Shown here: piece after piece, positions 31,226 to 41,003 of the stretch
How the letters are laid out: each line of letters opens with the position of its first letter
Position numbering within the stretch: position 1 is the first letter of the stretch
DNA from: Patescibacteria group bacterium
GTDB lineage: Bacteria; Patescibacteriota; Patescibacteriia; Patescibacteriales; UBA12465
Reading direction: 5' to 3'
Length of the DNA: 64,000 bases
Assembly: GCA_041661685.1 (NCBI GenBank)
Contig: JBAZTY010000001.1
Span: 691 to 64,690, forward strand
Position numbers and translations under genes: made by a program
Notes under the pieces: generated by a model
Database searches by the model: none
Seen by the model: only the letters and a program-made list of their open reading frames with translations
Told to the model about the DNA's origin: nothing

Positions 31226-33958
31226 ATGAATATTTTTAAGCTATTCGGAGACGCTAATGAAAAGATGGTTAAGGCCATGAAACCGACGATTGATAAGATC
31301 GCTAGTTTTGAGCCGGAATTGCAGTCCATGGATGCTGACAAGTTGAAAGCGCAAACCGCTAAATTCAAAGAACGGTTAGCCAAGGGTGAGACTTTGGACG
31401 ACCTTTTACCGGAAGCGTTCGCGACTATTAGAGAGGCGGCGCGCCGCATCCTGAACCAGCGCCATTTCGATGTCCAGCTCATCGGCGGCATCGTGCTGCA
31501 TCGCGGCCAAATTGCGGAAATGAAGACTGGCGAAGGCAAGACCTTGGTTGCGACTTTACCATTATATCTTAATGCCTTGGCCGGCAAAGGCGTTCATCTT
31601 ATTACCGTCAATGATTATTTGTCTCGTTTAGGCGCCGGCTGGATGGCTCCGGTATTCTATAGCTTAGGGCTCACGACTGGCGTCATCGTCCATGATATTG
31701 CTTACGTCTATGATCCGGAATATGTTGATGAGAGCCAATATGACGAGCGTTTGCAGCATTTTAAAAAGATTCCGCGTCGCGAGGCTTATGCTTGCGATAT
31801 TACTTACGGCACCAATAACGAATTCGGCTTTGATTATCTGCGCGATAACATGGTCTATAATCTGGACCAAGCTGTCCAGCGCCCCCTTCATTACGCTATC
31901 GTCGATGAGATCGATTCTATTTTGATCGATGAGGCGCGGACGCCGCTTATTATCAGCGCTTCGGCCGAAGAGTCGACTGATAAGTATTTCAAATTCGCTC
32001 AGATAGTGGAACGCTTGGAAGAGAATGATGATTATAATGTTGATGAGAAAATGCGCGCCGCGACCCTGACTGAAGGCGGCATCAACAAGGTCGAGAAGAT
32101 TCTCGGACTTGGCAATATCTATGTTGAGGGCGGAGTCAAAGAAGTCCATCATCTTGAGCAGGCCCTGAAAGCGCGTGTCTTATTCAAGCGCGATAAGGAT
32201 TATGTCGTCAAAGACGGAGAAATAATCATCGTCGATGAATTTACCGGCCGCTTGATGCCCGGACGCCGCTATAGCGAGGGCTTGCATCAGGCCATCGAAG
32301 CGAAAGAAGGCGTGAAGGTTCAGAAAGAATCCCAGACCATGGCGACGATCACTTTCCAGAACTTGTTCCGTTTATATACGAAATTATCCGGCATGACCGG
32401 AACGGCCGCGACTGAAGCGGAAGAGTTCCATAAGATTTATAATTTAGAAACTATCATCATCCCGACGAATCGTCCGAATGTCCGCAAAGACCTAAATGAT
32501 CTGATCTACCGCACGGAGATGGATAAATATCAGGCTGTCATCCGCGACACCAAAGAGAGAAGCCAAAAAGGCCAGCCGGTGCTTATCGGTACGATTTCAA
32601 TTGAGAAGAACGAAGTTTTAGCAGAATTAATGGAACGCGAAGGCTTGCGTCCGCAGATGTTGAACGCTAAGAATCATCAAAAGGAAGCGGAAATTATCGC
32701 CCAGGCCGGGCGCAAAGGCGCTATCACGCTCGCGACGAATATGGCTGGCCGCGGCGTTGATATAATCTTAGGCGGCAATCCGCCGCTAGAAGCCGAACAA
32801 GCCGAGGTCCGCGCTCTGGGAGGCTTGCACGTCGTCGGCACCGAGCGCCATGAATCCCGCCGTATTGATAACCAGCTGCGTGGCCGCGCCGGACGCCAAG
32901 GCGACCCTGGTTCATCCCAGTTTTATGTTTCGACTGACGACGACCTGATGCGTATTTTTGGAGGCGACCGGATGAAGAATCTGATGAAGACTTTGCACGT
33001 CCCGGCCGACATGCCGATTGAGAACAAGATGATTTCCCGCTCAATCGAGAGCGCGCAGAAGAAAGTCGAAGGGAATAATTTCGATATCAGAAAGCACTTA
33101 GTCGAATATGACGATGTTATCAATAAGCATCGCTTAGGCATCTATCGCCGCCGCCGCGAAATTCTAGAGATTACTGAAGGCGTAAGAGCGGCTCAAGCTG
33201 AGGAAGCTAGCGTGGTCGAGTCTGCGCGCGCTTTAGGCGATATAATCTTAGAAATGGTTGATGCCGAAATCACTAAAGTCGTTAATTTTCATACGGCCGC
33301 CGATAACGCCTCTGAATGGAATGTTAAAGAGATTGCCGAGACTATGCGCACGATCTGGACCGGCGCGGATATGCTGGCCCCGATGGAAGAGATCGTGAAG
33401 AGCGGCCGTTCTAAGGATGATCTGAAAAATGAGATCCTAAATTTATTGATCACGGAAGCGAAGAAGAAATATCAGGCTTTGGATGCGATCTTCAGGGCCG
33501 CCAATCTCGAATTCAAGGAAGTCGAGAAGGGCGTGCTTATCCGTTCTATCGACCAGATGTGGGTAGAACATTTGGAAACTGTTGATTATCTGCGCCGCGG
33601 CATCGGCCTGCGCGGTTATGGCCAGCGCGATCCGCTCGTAGAATACAAAAAAGAAGCTTATCACTTATATCAGGAATTGAACGACCTTATCAGCCGCCAG
33701 GTCGTCTATTCTATCTTTAAGACCGCCGACGCCTTGACGATGGCGGCAGCGACGGAATTGAAATTATTCGCCGAAGCCCCGGAAAAGAAATTAGATTTCA
33801 CCGGCGCGGTCAAGGAGATGCATAAGGAAGCGAGCGGGCGCAACACCGTTGATCTGGTTCATGAGAAAGCGAAAGACGAAAGCGGCGAGAAAGTCGGCCG
33901 CAATGATCCGTGCCCGTGCGGCAGCGGAAAAAAGTTTAAGCAGTGTTGCGGGAAATAA
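31226..33958 (+). CDS. secA: preprotein translocase ATPase SecA
   Basis: 910 aa. MKTGEGKTLVATLP (Walker A), DEIDSILIDEARTPLIIS (DEAD-like), and a C-terminal zinc motif CPCGSGKKFKQCCG. Confidence 0.95.
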   Translation: MNIFKLFGDANEKMVKAMKPTIDKIASFEPELQSMDADKLKAQTAKFKERLAKGETLDDLLPEAFATIREAARRILNQRHFDVQLIGGIVLHRGQIAEMKTGEGKTLVATLPLYLNALAGKGVHLITVNDYLSRLGAGWMAPVFYSLGLTTGVIVHDIAYVYDPEYVDESQYDERLQHFKKIPRREAYACDITYGTNNEFGFDYLRDNMVYNLDQAVQRPLHYAIVDEIDSILIDEARTPLIISASAEESTDKYFKFAQIVERLEENDDYNVDEKMRAATLTEGGINKVEKILGLGNIYVEGGVKEVHHLEQALKARVLFKRDKDYVVKDGEIIIVDEFTGRLMPGRRYSEGLHQAIEAKEGVKVQKESQTMATITFQNLFRLYTKLSGMTGTAATEAEEFHKIYNLETIIIPTNRPNVRKDLNDLIYRTEMDKYQAVIRDTKERSQKGQPVLIGTISIEKNEVLAELMEREGLRPQMLNAKNHQKEAEIIAQAGRKGAITLATNMAGRGVDIILGGNPPLEAEQAEVRALGGLHVVGTERHESRRIDNQLRGRAGRQGDPGSSQFYVSTDDDLMRIFGGDRMKNLMKTLHVPADMPIENKMISRSIESAQKKVEGNNFDIRKHLVEYDDVINKHRLGIYRRRREILEITEGVRAAQAEEASVVESARALGDIILEMVDAEITKVVNFHTAADNASEWNVKEIAETMRTIWTGADMLAPMEEIVKSGRSKDDLKNEILNLLITEAKKKYQALDAIFRAANLEFKEVEKGVLIRSIDQMWVEHLETVDYLRRGIGLRGYGQRDPLVEYKKEAYHLYQELNDLISRQVVYSIFKTADALTMAAATELKLFAEAPEKKLDFTGAVKEMHKEASGRNTVDLVHEKAKDESGEKVGRNDPCPCGSGKKFKQCCGK

Positions 33959-33959
33959 T

Positions 33960-34568
33960 ATGGATTTAAAAGAAACCTATAATAAAATCGCGTCCGACTG
34001 GCACCAGGATCATATGGCTGATGACTGGTGGATCGAAGGGACTAATAGATTTATTTCCTTGCTGAAGCCGGGAGATTTAGTCCTGGATGTTGGTTGCGCT
34101 GGAGGGCTAAAATCGAAATACTTTATCCAAAACAAATTACGAGTTGTTGGGATCGATATTTCGGAAAAAATGATTGAAATTGCGAAAAAAGAAGCTCCAA
34201 CTGGCATTTTTTTCTCCTTGCCATTGGAAGATATTAGAAAATTGGATTATTCTTTTGAAGCGATATTCATGCAGGCGGTATTGCTTCATGTCCCTAAAAA
34301 AGAGGTATTTGCCAGGCTGCGTGAGGTGGTAGCTAAGTTAAAGCCAGGCGGCTATCTATATGTCGCCGTTAAAGAGTCGCATGTTAAGGGCGTAGAGGAA
34401 GAGATAAAGACCGAAAATGATTATGGCTATGAATATAAGAGATTTTTTAGTTATTTCACTCAATCTGAAATTGAAAAATATATTACAGACCTAGGGCTAG
34501 AAATTATTTTTTCCGATGTATCCGTCTCAGGGAGAACGAACTGGATTCAAGCAGTCGGCAGGAAATGA
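33960..34568 (+). CDS. class I SAM-dependent methyltransferase
   Basis: VLDVGCAGGLKS (motif I). ATG 33960 (just after the secA stop) is preferred over the track start 33849, which lies inside secA. Confidence 0.7.
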   Translation: MDLKETYNKIASDWHQDHMADDWWIEGTNRFISLLKPGDLVLDVGCAGGLKSKYFIQNKLRVVGIDISEKMIEIAKKEAPTGIFFSLPLEDIRKLDYSFEAIFMQAVLLHVPKKEVFARLREVVAKLKPGGYLYVAVKESHVKGVEEEIKTENDYGYEYKRFFSYFTQSEIEKYITDLGLEIIFSDVSVSGRTNWIQAVGRK

Positions 34569-34605
34569 TATTCAGCTAAGTATAATTGATACCACCAGAA
34601 ATAAT

Positions 34606-35052
34606 ATGTTGAAACAAGAAAGGTTTAAATTGATTGCTTCTGTCTACGCCTTATTGATTAAAGATGATAGAATCTTGTTATTGCGTAGATTTCAGACAGG
34701 CTACGAAGACGGCAATTATGGATTAGTGGCCGGCCATGTCGATGGCAGAGAGACGATGAAAGAAGCGATGATGAGAGAAGCGCGCGAGGAGGCAGGTATT
34801 GATATAAATGATAATGATTTAGAATTGGCGCTAACCATGCATCGCTGGTGCGGAGATCATGAAAGGATAGATTTATTTTTTAAAGTGAAAGAATGGATTG
34901 GTATTCCAAAAAATATGGAACCGGAGAAATGTGATGAGTTATCATGGTTTCCGTTAGACAAATTGCCAAACAATACTATCCATTATATCAGAACCGCTAT
35001 AGATTGTTATCTGAAAGATAAAAGTTATTGTGAGTTTGGTTGGGAGAAATAA
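34606..35052 (+). CDS. NUDIX hydrolase
   Basis: Nudix box GLVAGHVDGRETMKEAMMREAREEAGI (Gx5Ex7REUxEExGU). ATG 34606 is preferred over track start 34516. Confidence 0.8.
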   Translation: MLKQERFKLIASVYALLIKDDRILLLRRFQTGYEDGNYGLVAGHVDGRETMKEAMMREAREEAGIDINDNDLELALTMHRWCGDHERIDLFFKVKEWIGIPKNMEPEKCDELSWFPLDKLPNNTIHYIRTAIDCYLKDKSYCEFGWEK

Positions 35053-35062
35053 TTAAGCCTAT

Positions 35063-35443
35063 ATGAATTTAGAAACTTTTAGATGGCCAGCGCCGATTGA
35101 TTCCTCCGACTCCGAAAATTCCGAGGAATTATTGGAGCGGGAAAGAGCCGACCAGATCATGGAAGAGCGGGAGACGGCGGAAATGGAGAAAACTGCCGAG
35201 CTGGTTGCGGAGCAGGAGAAGAGAGAGGAAGAAAAAAATAGCCATCGTCAGCCTAAGAGCGATAAAAAAGTTTATCCCAAAGCCCAGGTTCAAGCATATA
35301 GAACCAAGGAGACCGGAACTAAGACGGACAGCAAGCCGGTTGAAAATCCTGCAAAATTTAATCAGTGTAAGGAAGAGGACGGAGAGAATGATCGTCCCTA
35401 TAGCGATATTTATCCTTATAGCCGCAATCTTAATCGACGTTAA
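35063..35443 (+). CDS. hypothetical acidic low-complexity protein (frame uncertain)
   Basis: 126-aa Glu-rich ORF with a host-like 'tatATG' start. An overlapping, very basic ORF in another frame (35097-35450) is equally open. No homology recognised. Confidence 0.3.
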   Translation: MNLETFRWPAPIDSSDSENSEELLERERADQIMEERETAEMEKTAELVAEQEKREEEKNSHRQPKSDKKVYPKAQVQAYRTKETGTKTDSKPVENPAKFNQCKEEDGENDRPYSDIYPYSRNLNRR

Positions 35444-35455
35444 TCATTAAATCAT

Positions 35456-38449
35456 ATGTCTGACGAACAAAAAACGCCAAATACGAATTCTTTTCCCGCG
35501 ATGGAAGAAGCTGTCCTAGATTTTTGGGAGAAGGCGGATATTTTCAATAAGACTTTGGAAAAAGACGCGCCCCGGGGCGACTATGTCTTCTATGATGGGC
35601 CGCCATTTGCGACCGGCACGCCGCATTATGGCCATATCGTGGCGTCTATCATGAAAGATATCGTCCCGCGCTATCAGACCATGCGCGGCTATCATGTTGA
35701 TCGGAAATGGGGCTGGGATTGCCATGGCTTGCCGGTCGAGAATATCGTCGAGAAGCAGCTAGGCACCAAGACCAAGAAAGAAATCGAAGAGCTCGGCGTC
35801 GGAAAATTCAATGATCTCTGCCGCGCTAGCGTCATGACTTATGTCGATGAATGGAAGAAAGTCATCCGCCGCTTGGGACGCTGGGCTGATATGGAAAATT
35901 CCTATAAGACCATGGATTTGAATTTCATGGATTCTATTTGGTGGGCCTTCAAACAATTATGGGATAAAGATCTGATTTATAAGGATTACCGCTCCATGCA
36001 TATCTGCCCGCGCTGCGAGACGACTTTGTCGCAATCTGAAGTGAGCGAAGGTTATCGCGATATCAAAGATTTATCAGTGATCGCGAAGTTTGAATTGCTA
36101 GACGAGCCAGGAACTTTCGTTCTCGCTTGGACGACGACGCCTTGGACTTTGATCGGCAATGTGGCTTTAGCAGTGGGGAAGAATATTGAATATGTAAAAG
36201 TTTATAGGGAGATAAATGGAAAAGGAGAAAATTATATTTTAGCAAAAGAAATATTTGATAATAAAGAAGGTGCAGTTGGCCAGGAATTTTCCAGAGTAAG
36301 ATCAATAGCTGCGGATGAGATACCGCCCATAGTTAATTTAATCTCTTCTCTTAAAGGTTCCGATCTCGTCGGCAAATCATATAAGCCTCTTTTCAATTAT
36401 TATTCTTCCGACAAATCTCTGGAGAACCACGATAACGGCTGGAAGATTTATGCCGGTGATTTCGTGACTACGACTGACGGCACCGGCGTCGTCCATATCG
36501 CTCCCGCTTTTGGTGAAGACGATATGAATCTCGGTAAGGTTAATAACTTGCCATTTGTCCAGCATGTCGGCATGGATGGCGTCTTTAAGCCGGAAGTTAA
36601 AGACTTTCCCGAACTGCACGTCAAGCCGTTAGATGATCATACTTCTACTGATGTAGAAATTATAAAATATCTGGCGAAGAACGGATTATTATTCTCTAAA
36701 GCGAAATACGAACACAGCTATCCGCATTGCTGGCGCTGCGATACGCCGCTAATCAATTACGCGACTTCTTCTTGGTTTGTCGGCGTCACGAAGATAAAAG
36801 AGCAATTACTGGAAAGTGCGAAGCATATCAATTGGTCGCCGGAATATCTGAAAGAAGGGCGTTTCGGTAATTGGCTCGAAGGCGCGCGCGATTGGTCTAT
36901 CTCGCGCCAGCGTTTCTGGGCGAGCGCTATTCCGATCTGGGAATGTGCTTGCGGCGAGCGCCACGTCATCGGCAGTGTCGCGGAATTGGAAAAACTGACC
37001 GGCAAGACGATCGTCGATATCCATAAAGATAAGATTGATCCGCTGACTTTTGAATGTCCGAAATGCGGCGGCGGGATGAAGCGCGTTCCTGACGTTCTGG
37101 ATTGCTGGTTCGAATCCGGCTCCATGCCGTTCGCGCAGCTGCATTATCCGATGGAAAATAAAGAGAGATTCGATAATAATTTTCCGGCGCAATTCATCGC
37201 CGAAGGCATTGATCAGACTAGGGCTTGGTTCTATTATCTTCATGTCATCGCCGGCGGAATCTTCGGCTGCCATTCTTTCCAGAACGTCATCGCTAACGGC
37301 ATCGTCCTGGCCGAAGACGGCAAGAAGATGGCTAAGCGCTTGAAGAATTATCCGGATCCGATGGTCGTAATGGAAAAATACGGTTCCGACGCCTTGCGCG
37401 CTTATCTCGCGGCGGCGCCGGTCATGGCCGCCGAGAATCTTAATTTTTCTGAAGCCGGCGTCCAGGAATCGCTGCGCAAGAACTTAATGGTCTTATGGAA
37501 CATTTATAAATTTTATGAGATGTTCGCCGTGGACGGAAATGATAAGCTTAAAGTCGGCGCCAGCCGGAATGTCTTAGACCAATGGATATTAGAAAAATTT
37601 AATTTGTTGGTTAAGGAGGTGACTGAATCTTTAGAAGCCTATAGCTTGCCGAAGGCGATGCGGCCGATTACCGAATTTATTGATGAGATGTCGACCTGGT
37701 ATCTGCGCCGCAGCCGCGACCGTTTTAAATCCGAGGATGAAGCTGATAAGCAGGCGGCGCTAGCTGCGACTAAATATGTGTTGGTTGAACTCTCTAAGCT
37801 GATGGCGCCGTTCATGCCGTTCATAGCGGAGAATCTCTGGCAGAAGGCGAGCGGTAATGATTTTAAGGATGAAAGCCGTTCGGTCCATCTCGAGGCTTGG
37901 CCGGAAGAGATTGAATTGACGCATAAAAAGACTGAAGAAGATTCAGTCTTAGAGAAGATGGCTTTGGCTCGCCGCCTGGTCGAACTGGGCTTGGCGAAGC
38001 GCGATGAAGCCGGAATAAAAATCCGCCAGATGCTTTCTAAAATGACTGTGAAAGGCGTCGGCATCTTAGCTCCGGAATATTTGAGCCTGATTACCGACGA
38101 GCTTAATATCCAAGAGATAGATTTTTCCGTCGTCGCCACCGAGAAGATAGAAGTGGAATTGGATACGAATATCACTCCGGAACTTAAGAAGGAGGGAATC
38201 AAGCGCGAGCTCATCCGCTTCGTGAACATGCTCCGTAAAGATGCGGGCTTGAATCTTCAAGATAAGGCGGCTATTTATATCGCCGGAGCGGAAGCGACGA
38301 TAGCCGAGGATATCAAGAAAATGAGCGCCGATATCCAGCGCGACACTCTCTCATCTTCTTTGGAAATAGTTTCGGAAATAAAAGCTGAATTCCGCAAGGA
38401 GATTAAAGTTGACGGCGTGAAGCTGGAGCTGGGGATCAAGAAAGTTTAA
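35456..38449 (+). CDS. ileS: isoleucyl-tRNA synthetase (type 2-like)
   Basis: 997 aa. PPFATGTPHYGHIVAS (HIGH), KMAKRLKN (KMSKS) and a CP1 editing region. Confidence 0.95.
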   Translation: MSDEQKTPNTNSFPAMEEAVLDFWEKADIFNKTLEKDAPRGDYVFYDGPPFATGTPHYGHIVASIMKDIVPRYQTMRGYHVDRKWGWDCHGLPVENIVEKQLGTKTKKEIEELGVGKFNDLCRASVMTYVDEWKKVIRRLGRWADMENSYKTMDLNFMDSIWWAFKQLWDKDLIYKDYRSMHICPRCETTLSQSEVSEGYRDIKDLSVIAKFELLDEPGTFVLAWTTTPWTLIGNVALAVGKNIEYVKVYREINGKGENYILAKEIFDNKEGAVGQEFSRVRSIAADEIPPIVNLISSLKGSDLVGKSYKPLFNYYSSDKSLENHDNGWKIYAGDFVTTTDGTGVVHIAPAFGEDDMNLGKVNNLPFVQHVGMDGVFKPEVKDFPELHVKPLDDHTSTDVEIIKYLAKNGLLFSKAKYEHSYPHCWRCDTPLINYATSSWFVGVTKIKEQLLESAKHINWSPEYLKEGRFGNWLEGARDWSISRQRFWASAIPIWECACGERHVIGSVAELEKLTGKTIVDIHKDKIDPLTFECPKCGGGMKRVPDVLDCWFESGSMPFAQLHYPMENKERFDNNFPAQFIAEGIDQTRAWFYYLHVIAGGIFGCHSFQNVIANGIVLAEDGKKMAKRLKNYPDPMVVMEKYGSDALRAYLAAAPVMAAENLNFSEAGVQESLRKNLMVLWNIYKFYEMFAVDGNDKLKVGASRNVLDQWILEKFNLLVKEVTESLEAYSLPKAMRPITEFIDEMSTWYLRRSRDRFKSEDEADKQAALAATKYVLVELSKLMAPFMPFIAENLWQKASGNDFKDESRSVHLEAWPEEIELTHKKTEEDSVLEKMALARRLVELGLAKRDEAGIKIRQMLSKMTVKGVGILAPEYLSLITDELNIQEIDFSVVATEKIEVELDTNITPELKKEGIKRELIRFVNMLRKDAGLNLQDKAAIYIAGAEATIAEDIKKMSADIQRDTLSSSLEIVSEIKAEFRKEIKVDGVKLELGIKKV

Positions 38450-38479
38450 TAAAAAAGGGCTGATTAATCTCAAGATCAT

Positions 38480-39430
38480 ATGACCACTAAAGAAATATTC
38501 AATCTGGCGATTTCCCTCGGCCAGAAAGCGGACTTACGCGGAGAAGAACGGGTTGCAAAATATCTAGCGCGCCAAAGGAAGAGATACGAAGAGCTGCCGG
38601 ATAAAGCCAAGGCCGAATTTGATCCAGAGAAGTTCTCTAACCCTTATTCAGATTCCCGCCTCTTGGTTGATAATGGCAAGAAAGAAATCAAGAAGATATT
38701 GGCCGGCATAGATATGGGCGGTTCAGAATTATTATTAGCTAAACAGCTGGGTGATATTGATTTAGTTATTGCGCATCATCCCGAGGGCGTCGCTTTAGCC
38801 GATTTATCAGACGTCATGCATCTGCAGGCCGAAGTTCTGGCGGATTATGGCGTGCCGATAAATATCGCCGAGTCAGTCATCAAGCCGCGGATTTCCGAAG
38901 TGAGCCGCGAAATCTCGCCACTTAATCATGACCGCTCTGTCGATATGGCTCGTTTGCTTGGAATGGACTTCATGTGCGTCCATACTCCGGCTGATAATCT
39001 GGGCGCTAATTTTTTGGTTAAATTATTTAAAGAGAAAGAACGGGAATTGGAAAATGTTGGAGATATCTTAGAACTATTAAAAACTATTCCCGAATATCAG
39101 GCGGCGGCTCTTAAGAAAACCGGGCCGGTGCTTTTTTCCGGCGCGCCAGAACATAGCTGTGGCAAGATCGTCGTTACGGAATTTACCGGCGGCACTTCTG
39201 GATCCAAAGATATCTATGAGAAGATGGCGCAATACGGCATCGGCACGATCATCGGCATGCACATGACCGAAGAACATCGCAAGGAGGCTGAAAAATATCA
39301 TATGAATGTGATTATCGCCGGCCACATGGCCTCGGATTCTTTAGGCATGAATTTATTTCTGGATGAGCTCGAGAAGCAGGGAATCGAAGTCATTCCGACT
39401 TCCGGCTTGATAAGGATAAAACGTTTTTAA
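38480..39430 (+). CDS. NIF3 (DUF34)-like dinuclear-metal-centre family protein (tentative)
   Basis: The LVIAHHPEG, CVHTPADN and IIAGHMASDSLG spacing resembles NIF3 metal-ligand motifs. Assignment is by motif only. Confidence 0.45.
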   Translation: MTTKEIFNLAISLGQKADLRGEERVAKYLARQRKRYEELPDKAKAEFDPEKFSNPYSDSRLLVDNGKKEIKKILAGIDMGGSELLLAKQLGDIDLVIAHHPEGVALADLSDVMHLQAEVLADYGVPINIAESVIKPRISEVSREISPLNHDRSVDMARLLGMDFMCVHTPADNLGANFLVKLFKEKERELENVGDILELLKTIPEYQAAALKKTGPVLFSGAPEHSCGKIVVTEFTGGTSGSKDIYEKMAQYGIGTIIGMHMTEEHRKEAEKYHMNVIIAGHMASDSLGMNLFLDELEKQGIEVIPTSGLIRIKRF

Positions 39431-39461
39431 AAAAGGAAAGAAAAAATTTCAGGCAAATAAA

Positions 39462-39489
39462 AAACCGAAAGATTGAACTTCCGGTTTTT
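39462..39489. terminator. bidirectional rho-independent terminator
   Basis: AAAACCGAAAG-attgaa-CTTCCGGTTTT (one mismatch). An A-run lies upstream and a T-run downstream. It sits between convergent genes. Confidence 0.6.
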
Positions 39490-39515
39490 GTTTCTCAGTC
39501 TTCGTCGCCAAGCTC

Positions 39516-40166
39516 TTAGGTTCTAGACTCATAGTCTTCATGAGTTGGCAGCCGCGAATTCTCAAATCTGATTATCGCTTCCCTTGTTAAGACTCTCTCA
39601 TTTTTATTCGTTGTTTCGGCAATAAAATCTTCTAGTATCCGCATAACGCGAGCGCGGAATGATTCTTGCCTTTGATCGACGTCTCGCGTGAGATGTTTTT
39701 TAGTGATAATCAGGCCGATAAAATGTCTTTCGTCGTTGAAGATGTCGTCGTCTAATCCGGCTGTTTTATGTGCGACATTTTTCATGATGCAGTCAGCATA
39801 AATTTTCGCTAAGTCTTCCGTTGAGAAAGTTCTGTCCATGCTTTCCGTTATCAATTCCAGGACAATCTCTCTTTTTTTTTCATTCGAGAGATAGACTCTG
39901 ATATCGAGGAGACATTTATTCAAAGAGGGAGCATCTTTAATCAGCGCTTTAACATAATTATCAAATTCAAAACTTTCTTCCCATAACTTGCGCAAGGGAA
40001 GAGCGTGGAAAAGCGCCAGAATGCAATAGAAGCTGTCATTTTCTGCTAGTCTTCTTTTTATATCGTTGACTATGAGCTTAAGGCTTATAGTCCGATAAAG
40101 ACACCATAGAAGAGAACAGGCTATAAGCGCGGCGCCGGCAAAATAGTAAGCCATTAGAGTTTTCAT
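39516..40166 (-). CDS. hypothetical membrane-anchored protein
   Basis: 216-aa ORF with an N-terminal TM helix (LMAYYFAGAALIACSLLWCL). No family recognised. Confidence 0.5.
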   Translation of the reverse strand: MKTLMAYYFAGAALIACSLLWCLYRTISLKLIVNDIKRRLAENDSFYCILALFHALPLRKLWEESFEFDNYVKALIKDAPSLNKCLLDIRVYLSNEKKREIVLELITESMDRTFSTEDLAKIYADCIMKNVAHKTAGLDDDIFNDERHFIGLIITKKHLTRDVDQRQESFRARVMRILEDFIAETTNKNERVLTREAIIRFENSRLPTHEDYESRT

Positions 40167-40271
40167 GGTAGTTATCTTTAAAGTTAGACACTGGAAGCAA
40201 CTTATTTTTAAAAGAGCTATTATTAACTTTATATATTACAATAATATTAAATTTCAGTCAATGATAATAAA

Positions 40272-40296
40272 AAAAGCTTCTTGGGGGAAGCTTTTT
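40272..40296 (-). terminator. rho-independent terminator
   Basis: AAAAGCTTC-ttggggg-GAAGCTTTT. On the minus strand it is followed by a T-run. Confidence 0.6.
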
Positions 40297-40328
40297 CTTT
40301 TAACTGTTCAGTTTTAATCACCAATCAC

Positions 40329-40874
40329 TTAATCACTGCCTCCGAAAAGCATTTTCAGAGGTATGCGATAGGGTCGGAATTTGCATAACTCTTTCCAGCG
40401 ATTAAATTTAATTATCGTGCCGGAAAAAGTCCAGCGATCAGTCCGGGCCACCGCGCCTCTGATCGCCAGAGAAGTCGTGACCGCAAGACTGATGATAGTG
40501 ATGAAAAGCCAAAGATTCTGTTTGTGTATGGTTTCTTTTTTTTCAGCTATCTCTTGATTCAGAGCCTCAATTTTCTTCGTATCGTAATAATGATTTAAAG
40601 AAAATATTTGGTCTCCGTCAGCTTTGATTTCCGGCCAAGCGCCTTCGGGAATATTCAGGTTGCTAAGCGCGGAATTATCGAATTTTTTTATGCCTCGGGT
40701 AAAGGTTAGCCTGTAATCATTTTTATAATGATTAAGCACATACTCTGAATAGTAGTCGCCTTGTTTTATGACAATTACTTCTTCGGTAGTCTTGGCGCTG
40801 GCATAGCTAGTAATAGCTATAAGCAACAGCATCGATAAGATCATCTTTTTCATTGAAATTTTTTTATTAGACAA
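40329..40874 (-). CDS. hypothetical secreted or membrane protein
   Basis: 181-aa ORF with a signal peptide (MILSMLLLIAITSYASA) and a C-proximal TM helix (LWLFITIISLAVTTSLAI). No family recognised. Confidence 0.5.
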   Translation of the reverse strand: MSNKKISMKKMILSMLLLIAITSYASAKTTEEVIVIKQGDYYSEYVLNHYKNDYRLTFTRGIKKFDNSALSNLNIPEGAWPEIKADGDQIFSLNHYYDTKKIEALNQEIAEKKETIHKQNLWLFITIISLAVTTSLAIRGAVARTDRWTFSGTIIKFNRWKELCKFRPYRIPLKMLFGGSD

Positions 40875-41003
40875 TGTTAGACAATATTTTGAAAAGTACT
40901 ATTATTCGGTAAAAAAGATTGTATCATTTAATTTTAATTTAGTCAATATTCCAAAAAATAATAATTTGGATTATACTTATAATATAAAAATTGGCTAATA
41001 TAT

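Noticed and set aside
35097-35450. A very basic 117-aa ORF overlapping the acidic ORF 35063-35443, considered as the real gene.
   Set aside because: Not clearly rejected, but not reported as a feature. Its ATG is internal and lacks the usual start context, and I have no homology for either frame. It is flagged in the findings instead.
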